Below, in pieces: positions 1 through 11,419 of a stretch of 34,084 nt of DNA. A program made the position numbers and the translations under genes. Source of the DNA: Psammoneis japonica. Lineage: Eukaryota. The stretch is from NCBI GenBank assembly GCA_008632985.1, contig QPGO01000180.1:1-34084 (forward strand), given 5' to 3'. The first letter of the stretch is position 1, and each line of letters starts with the position of its first letter. Under the pieces are notes generated by a model. It made no database searches. It was not told the origin of the DNA and worked only from the letters and a program-made list of their open reading frames with translations.

Positions 1-1072
1 AACAATCATACGACGGATATCACCGGTAAGTAGATCGCAAAAATGCATGCCCAAAGCATCTCACATCATCATTGTCGTCCGCACATATTCTGCACACATT
101 GACAATTCCAAAACTTACTTGTAACACCCCCGAGTAGAGCAATCTTGCCACCCTCGACAAGCTCTTCGCCAGCCCTCTCTACGATTCGTCCCATCATCGC
201 ATCCTGTGCATCATAGAGAGCGAGGGGAAGCTCAATAGTCGAATCCTCAGCCTTGTCAATACGGTCGGTGAGGGGCAGGATCTCTTGCACACCCACGTTT
301 CCTGCGATTCAATAATGTCCTTGGGATACTCCGCCTCGGCTCGTTCGCCCGACTTGACCATGCGGCAAAAGTCAAGCGCGAGCAAAGCGGGGCCGCAGCA
401 TTCATTCGATGTCCCATGGGTTTGGCCGGGCCTATTGACTCTTTTCCCAACTCTTGATTCCAATCGATACCAATGTGAGGGCCGTACACAACGAGGCAAT
501 TGCCCTGCTCTGGACAATGATGAAGCATGTTGCCAAATCCAACGACGCCTCCGAAACAGAAACCGGCCAATCCTCCGAGATTGTAAGCGGGACCAAAGTG
601 CTCCGACATTTCCTGTTCGAGACCGCGATTTAGCTCATCACAGCAGAGGCTGGTGGCAACGAGTGTGTTTTCCATAGAGTACCCGCCATGATCAGCGAGT
701 AGCTTGGCGGCTTCCTTCGCCATGCGATGCGCCGGTAGAGCTCCAGCATAGGCGGCTTCAACTTTTGCCATTACTCCTTGGACGGAATTCCTGGTCAAGG
801 TTTCTGTTTCCTTTTTCTGTGCAATGCAAACGGGAATTTTTGTAAGACAGGAGTGGGCGAGAGAGGTAGACAACAAGACAAGTGCATCGCACGTGTCAAA
901 TCTGGACACTCACATCGCCGCTGTGCATCCACTTCATCATGGTCTTGAAGGACAAGTCCATGCCCGATCGACGGAAGTCACTGTCGTCCGACCTATTCAT
1001 CATGTCATCGGGAACATAGTCGGGATCTTTGGGATCCTTCTTTGCATCTGAAGAGCCGCCAAACACCCCCAT
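1..1072 (-). CDS. LCIB/LCIC-family theta-type carbonic anhydrase-like protein (probably continues past the window edge; two apparent frameshifts)
   Basis: Motifs NTLVATSLCCDELNR, YNLGGLAGFCFGGVVGFG, VYGPHIGI and ECCG match my recollection of the LCIB/theta-CA family. ATG at 1072 (MGVFGGSS), phase-0 GT-AG intron 817-913. Frame shifts near 443 and 288 across three overlapping ORFs. Confidence 0.85.
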
Positions 1073-1360
1073 GGTTGATGTCTATGTCAATAATATTATG
1101 TGCTGTCCTTCGGATTCCGCGGTTTATTTTGTGAGGTGCCAAACGCAAGTTTCAAGTTGAAGGTGACGGACGAGGAAGCGAAGCGCGCGATGTTCCACGG
1201 AAACTTTGGCGCGGAGGTCGCACGCACGCGATCGACATTTGCGCGACCGCGACCTGTCCGTCGACACACGACACGCACGCACGCGCACGCAGATCAGAAC
1301 ACAAAAATCACAAGCGCCTTTTTTGTTTTTGTTTTAGAGCTTCTATGGCAACTGGCAACC

Positions 1361-2149
1361 ATGGCCGAGGCGGACGGCGGCGATCGGTTCTGCTACTTGC
1401 GGATATCCATTGCAGGTGCTGAACCCGAAACAGTAGTGATTTCCCTGTATTCCAAGCAATGCCCAAAGACGTGTCGGAACTTTGAGCAAATCTGCTCATC
1501 CACGGCGACAGCAAAGAAAGACAACTCAAAGCCAGAACCGACCTATCGCGGCACCGAGTTTCATCGCGTTATGCCTGGATTCATGGTACAAGGGGGTGAT
1601 TTTGAAAATTTTGATGGTACAGGGGGGTACAGCCATGATGGTGGAACGTTTGAGGATGAATCGTTTGTCGTGCAGCATGACCGAGAGGGTGTCGTCAGCA
1701 TGGCAAACAGAGGCCCAAACACAAACACCAGTCAGTTCTTCATCACACTAGCAAAGACGCCACATTTAAATGGAAAGCACGTTGCGTTTGGTCAAGTAGT
1801 AGAAGGAATGAGCACTGTTAGAAGAATAGCACACGTTGAAACAGAAGGAACACGTCCCGTTCCAATGCAGCGGGTGATTATAATCGACTGTGGATTGGGC
1901 AAAGGAAGCATAGCAAAGTACACCTCGTCCGACGAATCTTCAGATGCTTCGCGCAAGCATAAGAAAAACTTCAAAAAGAAAAAGACTAAAAAGAGGCGAA
2001 AACAACACAAGGATGACTCGTCGTCCGCATCGTCCGATGGAAGCAGTCGAAAACGCAAGAAACGATCTCGCTCCGAGAAACGACATTCACGCAAACACCG
2101 GCGCCACTCCAAAGAGTCGTCAAAGAAGCGACACAAAAAAGATCGTTAA
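1361..2149 (+). CDS. Cyclophilin-type peptidyl-prolyl isomerase with Lys/Arg/Ser-rich C-terminal tail (nuclear, PPIG-like)
   Basis: CPKTCRNF, YRGTEFHRVMPGFMVQGGDF, SMANRGPNTNTSQFFIT and HLNGKHVAFGQV motifs, followed by a basic low-complexity tail. Likely start is the ATG at 1361. Confidence 0.95.
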   Translation: MAEADGGDRFCYLRISIAGAEPETVVISLYSKQCPKTCRNFEQICSSTATAKKDNSKPEPTYRGTEFHRVMPGFMVQGGDFENFDGTGGYSHDGGTFEDESFVVQHDREGVVSMANRGPNTNTSQFFITLAKTPHLNGKHVAFGQVVEGMSTVRRIAHVETEGTRPVPMQRVIIIDCGLGKGSIAKYTSSDESSDASRKHKKNFKKKKTKKRRKQHKDDSSSASSDGSSRKRKKRSRSEKRHSRKHRRHSKESSKKRHKKDR

Positions 2150-2297
2150 TTTTCTGATATGTCGAAAGCTCTGTGCTCATGTTGCAAGAGCGAGTAGCGC
2201 CGCTGTTCGGTACGAATGAGTCTATCAACGGAAAGGTCTCGCTCGGTTTCTCGAGACCAAGAGGCAGGAGGAAGCGAAAATGTACGTTTTCATACGA

Positions 2298-3093
2298 TTA
2301 CTTCACTAACGATCCGTCGCCTGGGAAGGTGGCAATGGATATTGTTTCTCCGCAGTTGGCTTCTCTCTGAACAACGTCGGGGCATGGTATACGGGTTGTA
2401 GGATCGCCATTCTTTTGCAAGGCTAAACATGCGCGTACTTCCTCGAGAAATCTGCCGCCAGAGCACACCAACACGACTCCACCTCCATAGGCATCTAATA
2501 AATCCTGCCTTGAAACGGTTTTACCGTAGTTCTCCATAACAATCGATGGTGTATCCACAAACTCACGCAAGGCAGCTTTGAAGTAGTCATCCTGCGACAA
2601 TCCGGAACAAGTTCCGTGTTTGGACCATTCGTGCGACCAAAAGTCGTAGTATTCCTCGTTGTCTTTTTCAACCTTGACGTTTGGCCACAACTTTTCTAGA
2701 TCAGGTCCAACATCGATAACTGTTGACTTTTTGAATGGTTCTTTCGAACAAGTTGATGGCCAAGAACCGTCTGAATACTGCAGCACACGTCATTAGCGCT
2801 TTTTGAGTACATTCAAACAAAAGCAAAAATTCTAATCGTACTACATGAACTCACTTCTGGCCACATTCCATGAATGGTCAAGTGCGACTTCCAAAAGTCA
2901 AGAAAATTGTGACAACCAACGAAATTCTCGTGCCGATGTCGGAAGCAGAATTCAGGCTGATAACTCATGGCCATTACGTAGAGCTGAAAATCACACTATT
3001 TTTCTGGTACAGAATCCAAGTCAAACATGACATCAAGGCCACTAACGCCAAAATATGAACAAGGATATTCTTTCTTTGCATGACGGCCGCCAT
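2298..3093 (-). CDS. Ribonuclease T2 family protein with N-terminal hydrophobic signal/anchor
   Basis: CAS I motif TIHGMWP in exon 1 and CAS II motif FWSHEWSKHGTCS in exon 2. GT-AG intron 2778-2854. One apparent 1-nt frameshift near 2998 between the signal segment and CDFQLYVMAMSYQPEFC. Confidence 0.9.
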
Positions 3094-3560
3094 GGTTTTG
3101 TAAAGCGCTCTCCGCTCTCCGTTATTGTTGCCAGTTTGCCACTCCGTCACATGCACCATGCACTGGGCACGAAAACATTCATCTCATCTCCACTCCCCAG
3201 CGTTCGGGAGTGTAGAGTTCTAGTGTCTGATCATTTTATTTCCTTCGAACGCTGAGGAATGATCTCATCTCAACCAATCGGATTTTGGGGCGTCTGGCCG
3301 GATACACGTCTGCCTTTTCGGCGGCAAAAACACCAAAACGATGGATTCTTTCATTTCATCTGCATCTTTCCCAACGCAAGACGTAGCCTCTCTATCGTGC
3401 CGGTATAGGCCGTGTACCGTTTACCTCTCCCCTGTCCATATCCAGTGTTATACACCACTTCTTCGACATTGGAAGGTCATGCTCGCAGAGCCGTTGCTCT
3501 CATGGAATTCTGTCAAATCATTGTCTGTGGTCGGGACAAACGGGATGCATTGTTGATTTC

Positions 3561-4331
3561 TCATCTAGCAGACAAAAGTCGCGACTGAACATTCTGCCTT
3601 TGTTCTTTAGTAGAAATTGCTTCCTGTGTACTCCGAGTACAAATCTTACACGTTGGACTCTTTCTAGATGCTCCCTTTTCTGACCATTGCAAACCTTCAA
3701 TGAGATCAGCAACGCAACGATGGAAATGAATCTCATCTCCGAGTTCATTTGAGATGCCACAAAGCCCGCGGAAGGATTTCACAAAACTCTTTTTATATCT
3801 CCCGTACTCAAAGAATGACTTTGACATTTCTAGTTTTTGCATTGGTTTTTTGTTCACAAAGTCGTGGAATTCGGTGTGAGACAAAATGTCAGCCATGTCT
3901 TGCAACAGTCCCACTGTACACATGGTCAGTGTTTTTCTTGCTTCAGTAAAGTAATCTTCTACCTCTTTATTGTCTTTCTCGGCAGCCTCATTTGCCATGT
4001 GATGAATGTGACGGTCGGCGAGCCTGAGCTTGGTGCGGACCAAGGACAACCTGGCGCCATCTTCCATGTGTCCTTTCGCCTCACGAAGATGAAAGCCGAC
4101 TGTGCGTTTGAAATTTACACCAAATTGATTCACTTTGTCGAGCCAGGCATCATTGAATGGTTCACTCTCGATGCTGCACAGAACACTGTCAAGACAATCC
4201 ATGAAGTTGCACGCGGGCATGTCAATCTTTTCAGAGGATGGAGCGGCATTGCCAGACAGTTTTCTTTGTTTTTTTTCTACAGCAGAGGCCGCCGCTCCCA
4301 AAGAAAGAGACAACAAGCACAAATGCTTCAT
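3561..4331 (-). CDS. Hypothetical secreted protein (256 aa)
   Basis: Uninterrupted ORF with signal-peptide-like start MKHLCLLSLSLGAAASA. No family recognised. Confidence 0.6.
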   Translation of the reverse strand: MKHLCLLSLSLGAAASAVEKKQRKLSGNAAPSSEKIDMPACNFMDCLDSVLCSIESEPFNDAWLDKVNQFGVNFKRTVGFHLREAKGHMEDGARLSLVRTKLRLADRHIHHMANEAAEKDNKEVEDYFTEARKTLTMCTVGLLQDMADILSHTEFHDFVNKKPMQKLEMSKSFFEYGRYKKSFVKSFRGLCGISNELGDEIHFHRCVADLIEGLQWSEKGASRKSPTCKICTRSTQEAISTKEQRQNVQSRLLSAR

Positions 4332-4429
4332 GCTGTTTCGTCAAAAGAGGCAACCTCTGGAGTGGGCTGTCTTTGATCAGATGCGGCACTCGGCAAAAGT
4401 GAGAACCACGGTGCTGATGACACCCACGA

Positions 4430-4793
4430 CTGATCCTCGAACTCGAAGCAAACCGACACAGGCCGGCAACGAAGTTACGTTGATTTCTGCACAAGCAAAA
4501 AAGGATTCGCGCGGCATTTGACCAAGACGAATCTTTTTCCTTTCACTGCTTTCACGCATCAATTTGCCGGAGACCTGAAATGTTTCAAATTGGATGCTTC
4601 TCCATTTTGTTTTTGTATCTGATCCTCGAACTCAAAGCGAACCGACACAGTGACGAAGTCATGTTGATTTCCACAGCAAAAAAGGATTTGCGCGGCATTT
4701 GACCAAGACGAGTCTTTTTCCTTTCGCCGCTTTCATGCACTTGTTTGCCTGAGACCTGGAACAGTTCAACTTAAAAATGCTTCTCCATTTTGT
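4430..4793. repeat. Degenerate tandem duplication of about 180 bp (copies begin at 4430 and 4619)
   Basis: Both copies start CTGATCCTCGAACTC, share GCGCGGCATTTGACCAAGACG and end ATGCTTCTCCATTTTGT. Confidence 0.9.
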
Positions 4794-5883
4794 CACTTTT
4801 GTGTGCTGCTGAGCTGCCAGCATGAGAAAAGCATGCTTGTCAATCAAGCAAAAAGCTTTGTCCACTCAAGCATCTACTGGCACTGCTCCACTTGATGCGC
4901 AGCGCTCCCGGACCCCGGACCTGCCCAAAAGAAGAATTTCGCCATGCTCAAGCACAGAGGGCCTGGGCAAAAAGATGAACAATCAAGCTGACTCCAATGT
5001 TGTGTTGATCAGTGCATGATGCAGTGTGCCAAATGACATCTGCTCTGTTGCTGCAGATGACTCATCCCCAGCAGCGCCTCTCTTGCACCACATGCTGCTG
5101 CGCGTGTGAGCAGTGCGACGAACTGCAGGACGAGGATGAGCACGAGTCAAAAATTTGACTGCAGCATGGCAGCAAGAATTGGGCATGTTGATGATGCATT
5201 TTTTGATGTGCTTCAAGTGACTGTGTTGCCAAAAAGCAGAAAAAAATCTCTCTTGTTGATGCGCAACAAACAAAAAAAGTGCAGTGCGCCACTTGACTGA
5301 AAACGAAAATGAGGGTGGGCGTTGAACCAACAAGTCAACGTTGCCAAAGGGAATCCTCTGAGGCTTCCTGCGCTGCTCGCTGCACTTGTCCTGGTTGCCA
5401 TGGTCGTCCTGATTTGCCCAGAAGCTCTCAACAAACTTCAAGGTTGGTGAGATCGGGCAAAATGAGCGAGAGCGCTCATTTTTGCAAGGTGTCGCCAGAC
5501 TCGCTGCATCAGGATCCGAGACATCTTCTCTTCAATGGCTCTGCTTCCAGGTTTCTCACATTCCTGCTCATTCTAGATGCTCCAACAGTGGGAGCAAAAC
5601 CATCTGTCAATCACAGAGTGCAGCTGTCTGTCCTTTTCCCACAAGCACATCAGCAGCGTCGTTTCTCCCACCTCCTCTTTTTTCTTGTCAGCTTCACCAC
5701 AATGCACAGAGCAACAACAGCACATGCAAAACATTTCATTCTCCATGACAACCTTTTCCAAACTGAATCACAACATCAGTGGATGGGCCGGTGCTGGAGC
5801 AGCAGCCGAAGGAGGAGGTTGAGCAAAAGCTGGAGCCGATCAATTTGAATTGAGATTTCGAAATTTTTGGTTTCCCTCCAACA
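4620..5883. other. TpA-depleted, TG/CA-rich island; probable hypermutated repeat relic of unknown origin
   Basis: Only three TA seen by eye (about 4772, 4875, 5574) in about 1.26 kb. Overlapping Cys/His-rich, Tyr-free ORFs in many frames. Confidence 0.75.
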
Positions 5884-6129
5884 TACATCCGGGTTTTTAA
5901 AGTAGAGCTTGTGTAGATTTCTACGTGCCTGAATTGGAATCGTCGTGACGCACTCCACGCGCGACAACGAAAATAACTGAAGCGAGCTTGTCTCGAGACT
6001 GACTCGTGAGTCACAAGAAACAAGAAGCCCCCGCCGCAAGCCGCAACATCGCAGAAGTCTCAAAAGTCAACAACAGCAAAACAAATTGGAGCCCACGATT
6101 GCAAGCTTTACCGTTTAACTTTGAACAAA

Positions 6130-7506
6130 ATGGGTGATGGCGACGGCGTAGTGAGAAATGAAGAAACACCTCTTCAAAGCAACACTGGGTCGAATACTCT
6201 TGCCATCTGTGGTCGTGTCCTCAACGTTGGAGCGATTGGGTGTCTGTCGATTTGTGTCGTGTTTTTGTTTGTTCAATTGCAAGCGGTGACGTATAAGGTT
6301 GCCGCTGATCACCAACAAGTAGAGCAACAAATAAAGCAACTGCAGGATCAAATATCGAATGAAGAGACACAAACGCAAGAAATCGAAGAAGACGTACAAA
6401 CACAACACAATCTGACCGTCTATCACATGGCTGGGACCTTTTCGCTCTTGACGTGTCTTATAACCATGTTTCACATGTCGGCGCACCTTCGAAATTTCCA
6501 TCAACCCATTATTCAACGCAAAATTTTAGCCATTCTCTGGCTGTCGCCAATTTACAGCGTCACCTCTTGGCTGAGTTTGGTGTTCCCCGCTGCCGATGGG
6601 TATTTGGGAATCATTAAGGATTTTTACGAGGCCTACGTGATTTATCAATTCCTTTCGTTCCTCATTGCCGTTCTGGGGAAAGGAGATCGGGACGTGGTTG
6701 TGGAAGTACTTGCCCAGCATGCGGACCATTTAGACAAGCCCTATCGATGCTTAAACTGCCTGTACCATCCACCACCGAACGAGGGCGATCGAGCCATGGC
6801 GAACGCAGTGTTGCTGCAATGTCAAGTATTGACCATGCAGTTCGTACTCTTTCGCCCACTCACGTCTATCCTTCGGTTCATCCTGGATATAATTGAAGAT
6901 TACCACGACAATGATACAGGCTCTGACACGTCAGGTTACGCTTTCTTCATGTCTGCCAAATTCATCATTGCCATGATTCAGAATGTGTCTGTCTTTTTGG
7001 CGTTTGCGGGTCTACTCAAGTTCTACCATGCCGTCCGAGAAGATCTGGCGTGGTGTCAGCCCTTTTCCAAGTTTTTAACCATCAAGGGTATTGTCTTCAT
7101 GACGTTTTGGCAAGGCCTTGTGATTATGATTGTGTTCAACATTCACCAAGGTGGAAGTGACACAGAGGACGACAACGACAGCAACAATCCCATCGAGTCG
7201 CCTATGTCTATTCAGAATGTGCTCATTTGCATCGAGATGCTTTTGTTTTCCATAGCTCACTGGTGTGTATTTCCAACGGAAGAGTGGGAAGACAACTACC
7301 GTATAAAATACTACGAGAAACCAGGTTTTGGTTTCAAAGATTTTGCACATGATGTAGGAATGATTGTCAGTCATGGTAAAAAGGCCAGAGCAACAAGAAG
7401 TAAGAAGCGAGAGGGGTTGGAACGAATTCCAACGGACGAAGACAATGGCCCGACCTTGGATAACGAAGGTCTTGACAATGACGATCTCGTCGAACGATAT
7501 GCCTGA
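6130..7506 (+). CDS. TMEM184 / organic solute transporter OST-alpha family membrane protein
   Basis: QRKILAILWLSPIYSVTSWLSL, DFYEAYVIYQFLSFL, QFVLFRP, KFLTIKGIVFMTFWQG and QNVLICIEML motifs. Multiple transmembrane segments. Confidence 0.92.
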   Translation: MGDGDGVVRNEETPLQSNTGSNTLAICGRVLNVGAIGCLSICVVFLFVQLQAVTYKVAADHQQVEQQIKQLQDQISNEETQTQEIEEDVQTQHNLTVYHMAGTFSLLTCLITMFHMSAHLRNFHQPIIQRKILAILWLSPIYSVTSWLSLVFPAADGYLGIIKDFYEAYVIYQFLSFLIAVLGKGDRDVVVEVLAQHADHLDKPYRCLNCLYHPPPNEGDRAMANAVLLQCQVLTMQFVLFRPLTSILRFILDIIEDYHDNDTGSDTSGYAFFMSAKFIIAMIQNVSVFLAFAGLLKFYHAVREDLAWCQPFSKFLTIKGIVFMTFWQGLVIMIVFNIHQGGSDTEDDNDSNNPIESPMSIQNVLICIEMLLFSIAHWCVFPTEEWEDNYRIKYYEKPGFGFKDFAHDVGMIVSHGKKARATRSKKREGLERIPTDEDNGPTLDNEGLDNDDLVERYA

Positions 7507-7618
7507 GGCGCCCTACTCATAATTCGATTATTGCACATTCAATAACTAATTAGACTCCATGATATAAACTAAGCGCCCAATATACCACTGCTACTCGAAA
7601 GGTGTCACAACGTCGCGT

Positions 7619-9205
7619 TTAGGCGGTAAGAAGCTGCCAAGCCTTCTTCAGCTTGCTGCCTGCGGACGAGAGGCCCCTTTTCTGGTCATAGTCGGGAACA
7701 AGGAGTTGCGATGCATCCGTAACAGGTTTGAAGCCCTCCGGGAAAACATCGCTTTGGGCAAGAACGCTGCACTCGGTCGGACTGGCACAATAGACTGCCT
7801 GAACAATTTCCTGAAATGCCACCCATCGGTTCTCTTCTGCTGACTTGTCGGCGGCAATCACCATGATGAGAGCCACGAGACCATCTTCTCCGGTGCATGG
7901 GACAGGCGTATCGTTAACAAGCGATTCACAAAAGGCCACAGTCTCTGTGACATAGGCCTCATTGTATCGAGAGAGGAAGAAGTCATACGGCATATCGGCG
8001 TTTCCAGTGAAATCTGTGGGCCATCGCGGGACGAAGCAGAATAGAAATGAGTAACACTACAGGCAACGACACAGTTGTAGGGCAGCAAAACTGTGACTTA
8101 CCGCTCTTGAACACTTTGGCGGTATTTGGGTAAACATTGTCAGTTTGGATCATTCCTTTGGTTCCAAGTACCTCGGCACGCTGGTCGTAGCCATATGAAG
8201 ACTGGCGGCACACATCGACCATTGCTGTCACGCCGTCCGGATAACGAACAACGCATGATGCCGTATCATATTTCTCAGACCCATCCAAAACTTCGATAGA
8301 CTTGTCAATATGAGTGGATCCAACAGCAAGGATCTCAACGGGATCAGTTCCCGCAAGGAATCGAGACATATCCTGCAAAGAGAAAAAATCCATTGAGTGA
8401 TATGAGTCCCACAAAAGTATGAAACATGGACATAAAGCGAGTGATTCCAAACCTACCAAATCGTGTACAGCCATGTCTGCAAATATGCCTCCGCCGCCTT
8501 TGACATATTCAAACGGAGGAGGTGCGGGATCACGGGAGCACAACTTAATCATGATGTTTTTTCCAACCTCATCATGTTCGATGGCGGTTTTGACACGTTG
8601 AAAGTTCTGATCAAAGCGTCTCTGCAAACCAATCATAAGTTTGACACCAGCTTCGTTACAGGCGTTAATGGCCTCAACAGTTTCAGGCAAGTCTGTAGCG
8701 ATTGGCTTTTCACAAAAGACGTGCTTCCCATTTTCAGCACAAGCCTTGATTTGATCGGCGTGGTATTGAGACGGAGAGCAAATCCAAACAGCGTCCACTT
8801 CCTCATCGGTAATGACATCCATTGCGTCATCACTGAACCTGGGAACACCAAAATCAGCAGCGGCTGGAAAGAAAAACAAAGAGTGTGGGTGAGGTTCTGG
8901 CTTGTCTTCGTCCCCTACTTCGCATATCGGGGTTGACAATACATCAGACGCAACACACCTTTCTCGGCCTTCGAAATTGTGGGATTAGAGACAATTACGG
9001 GAGTGACGTTTGGAGCTTTTGTAATGGCCCCAAGATGCACCAAACCGATTCGACCACATCCAATAACGCCGACCTTGATGTTCTTTTCGGCGGAAGATGC
9101 CTCAACATTCATTTTGAGAGCTGATCGTCGGATACCCGCATTTGTGAGGGTAAAAGCCTCAACTCCAGGAGCGAGAATCGCGAGGAAAAGAGCAAATACC
9201 CTCAT
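7619..9205 (-). CDS. Myo-inositol 2-dehydrogenase-like Gfo/Idh/MocA oxidoreductase, copy 1, probably plastid-targeted
   Basis: Rossmann VGVIGCGRIG, HVFCEKP, QRRFD, SRDP, DMAVHDLD and YGYDQRAEV motifs. Four exons with GT-AG introns 8864-8958, 8373-8456 and 8014-8101. Signal peptide ending VEA-F, resembling the diatom ASAFAP motif. Confidence 0.92.
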
Positions 9206-11419
9206 TTTTGACTGCTTCGCAATCTCCTCCGATTGGCAATTCCTTCGACAAGACGTGTCAACAGCCGTCGGGGGCTTCTTTGTCTCGCTTCGGTGTGTCT
9301 CAAAATCTTGTGGGAGTTGGGAGTTCAAAAAACGCGCACGTCAGTGGTTTCGAGCACCCCTGAGCGGGGAATCTGGATACGAGAACTGCGGGGTTCGTTG
9401 ATTGAGTGAGTCGTATCGTCGTCTATGTTTCGAAAACACATTCATCATTCATCGCCACAATGAACATTTCATACCCGCATTGACATCCACTCGGCGGTTG
9501 TCAATTTTTTTCGATGTCCTCCCCTTGAATGGCTTGGAGAAACATCCGAATGGTGGCTCTGCCCACCTTGGCCACTCTTTGTTCTTTGTCAGCCACATTT
9601 GATGGACAAAATCGGCTGCTGTGCCAACTTTGTAGTTCACTCATTTGAGAGAGGGCGAGAGAGAGTGTGTGTGTTGAGCTGACAAAGTCAATGTCGCCAA
9701 AAGGGAGTCCTGTGAGGCAGGTTTGCTGTGCTGCTTGCCACACTTGCCCTGGTTGCTGTGGCAGCTGCAGCTTGCCTGGAAGCCCTCAATGAACTTTGAC
9801 TTTGCAGCATGACAGGCACCCACTGATGTCACAGTGCAGTTTGTGTGAGCCAGATGATTCGCTCCAAAGAGTGAGACAAAAAAAAGGTTGGCAAGATCTC
9901 TGGCAGGTGCACATTCACACGTGCAAGGTCACCAGATCCACCACATCAGGAGTCAAAGTGCCCTCTCTTCAACAGCTCCGGGGTTCTGACATCTCCTGCT
10001 CATTCCAGATGCTCCAACACACTTCTGCCACTCTTGTTGATGTTCAGAGTGCTTGCTCTTCACACACCAGAGTGGCCCCAACAGGGATCTCTGCAACAAA
10101 TCTGCTGGCCCAATCTTCTTGGTCATCGCTGTCATCATCTTCCACTTTGGCGCACTGCCAGTCAGCACGTCACTTTTCGTCAGCAAAATTCAACATCTCA
10201 TTGAGCGCATCATCTGTGACATCTCGTGTGCACTCCACAAACTTGACAATGCAACCACAATGACTCCACTCCACTGAGCTCATCACATGCTGAAGGTCAA
10301 GGAGCAATCAATCCATGACCCAGCCATTGACCACTTTGGGGCCCAACACAAAGAATCCTGTTTTCTGACAAGTCCATTTTGTTCCGGGTCTTGCATTGTT
10401 GATGTTGGGACCAAAAAACAGCACCGACTTCTGTGCATCAAAGAAAAGTCCATTCTTGTCTCACACCATCCCATGATGGACCTTGCCATGCTCACAGACT
10501 CTCAGACTCTCAGACTGAGCTTCACGAGTGGCCCACAAACCCCCTTGTCATCCATGCCATGTGCTGGACAGCTGACTGTTGACACATTCAGAAGCACAAG
10601 AGCATCTTGTCTGTCCAGCACAAGCTGAAGATTCCTGTTCCTGGATCCAGCAATGCATTGGTCCCAAGAGTGTTTTTCTTGGACCTGCTGTGCTCTTTGT
10701 GATTTCAACAACATGCCTTGCCCTGCAACTTGACGTCAAAGCCAGTCATCTGCCAGAGTCCACTGGCCTTGTGCACATTCATTCCATGCATCTTGGTGTC
10801 ATTCATTGCACTCCTGGCATCATGCAAGGAGAACATTGGTGCAGTGGTGGACACACACCTCAATTGATTTGGCGTCCAATGTCTCACAGTGTCATCATGC
10901 AACTCTCTCATGGCACCGTGTCTTTGCTTCCACAGCTCTGCCCACATTGGCTTGAGCAAAATTGCTGGTGTCTTTTCACAAGTGTGGGTTGATCATTGGT
11001 GATGTCCCATTGCTTGCAAGCCATTGCATGAGTTCTTCTTTTGCATGCACAAAATGCACTGTTGCCTCCCTGCCACATGTTCTGGGACAATGTCCGCTTC
11101 ACTCCTCTTTCTTTTGCTCATTGTTTTGGTTGCATGTTGCTCTGTGGAACAATGAATCCAGACCATCAAACCACACCCAACAATTGCTTGGCTGCTCTGA
11201 TGTGATTGGTTCAAAAAATGATGCAACACCCAAAGTTGCAGTGGTGTTGTCACTCACAACTGTCACTTGCTGTCACAAACCATGTGCACATTCTTTGAGG
11301 CTCTTCACTCACCTCATGTTTGCACTGAACATTGAACTTTCAAGGATCTTTCACTCACTTCTTGCATCAGAATTCTTGTCTGACATCACAAAAATCATGA
11401 TCCGCTCTGGACGTGCTTT

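Noticed and set aside
1100..1360. N-terminal extension of the cyclophilin ORF and CACG-like repeats
   Set aside because: Non-ATG start within the divergent intergenic region. Homology begins after the ATG at 1361 and no defined regulatory motif can be supported.
4430..4793. CRISPR-like array
   Set aside because: Only two long degenerate units with no spacers, in a eukaryotic context.
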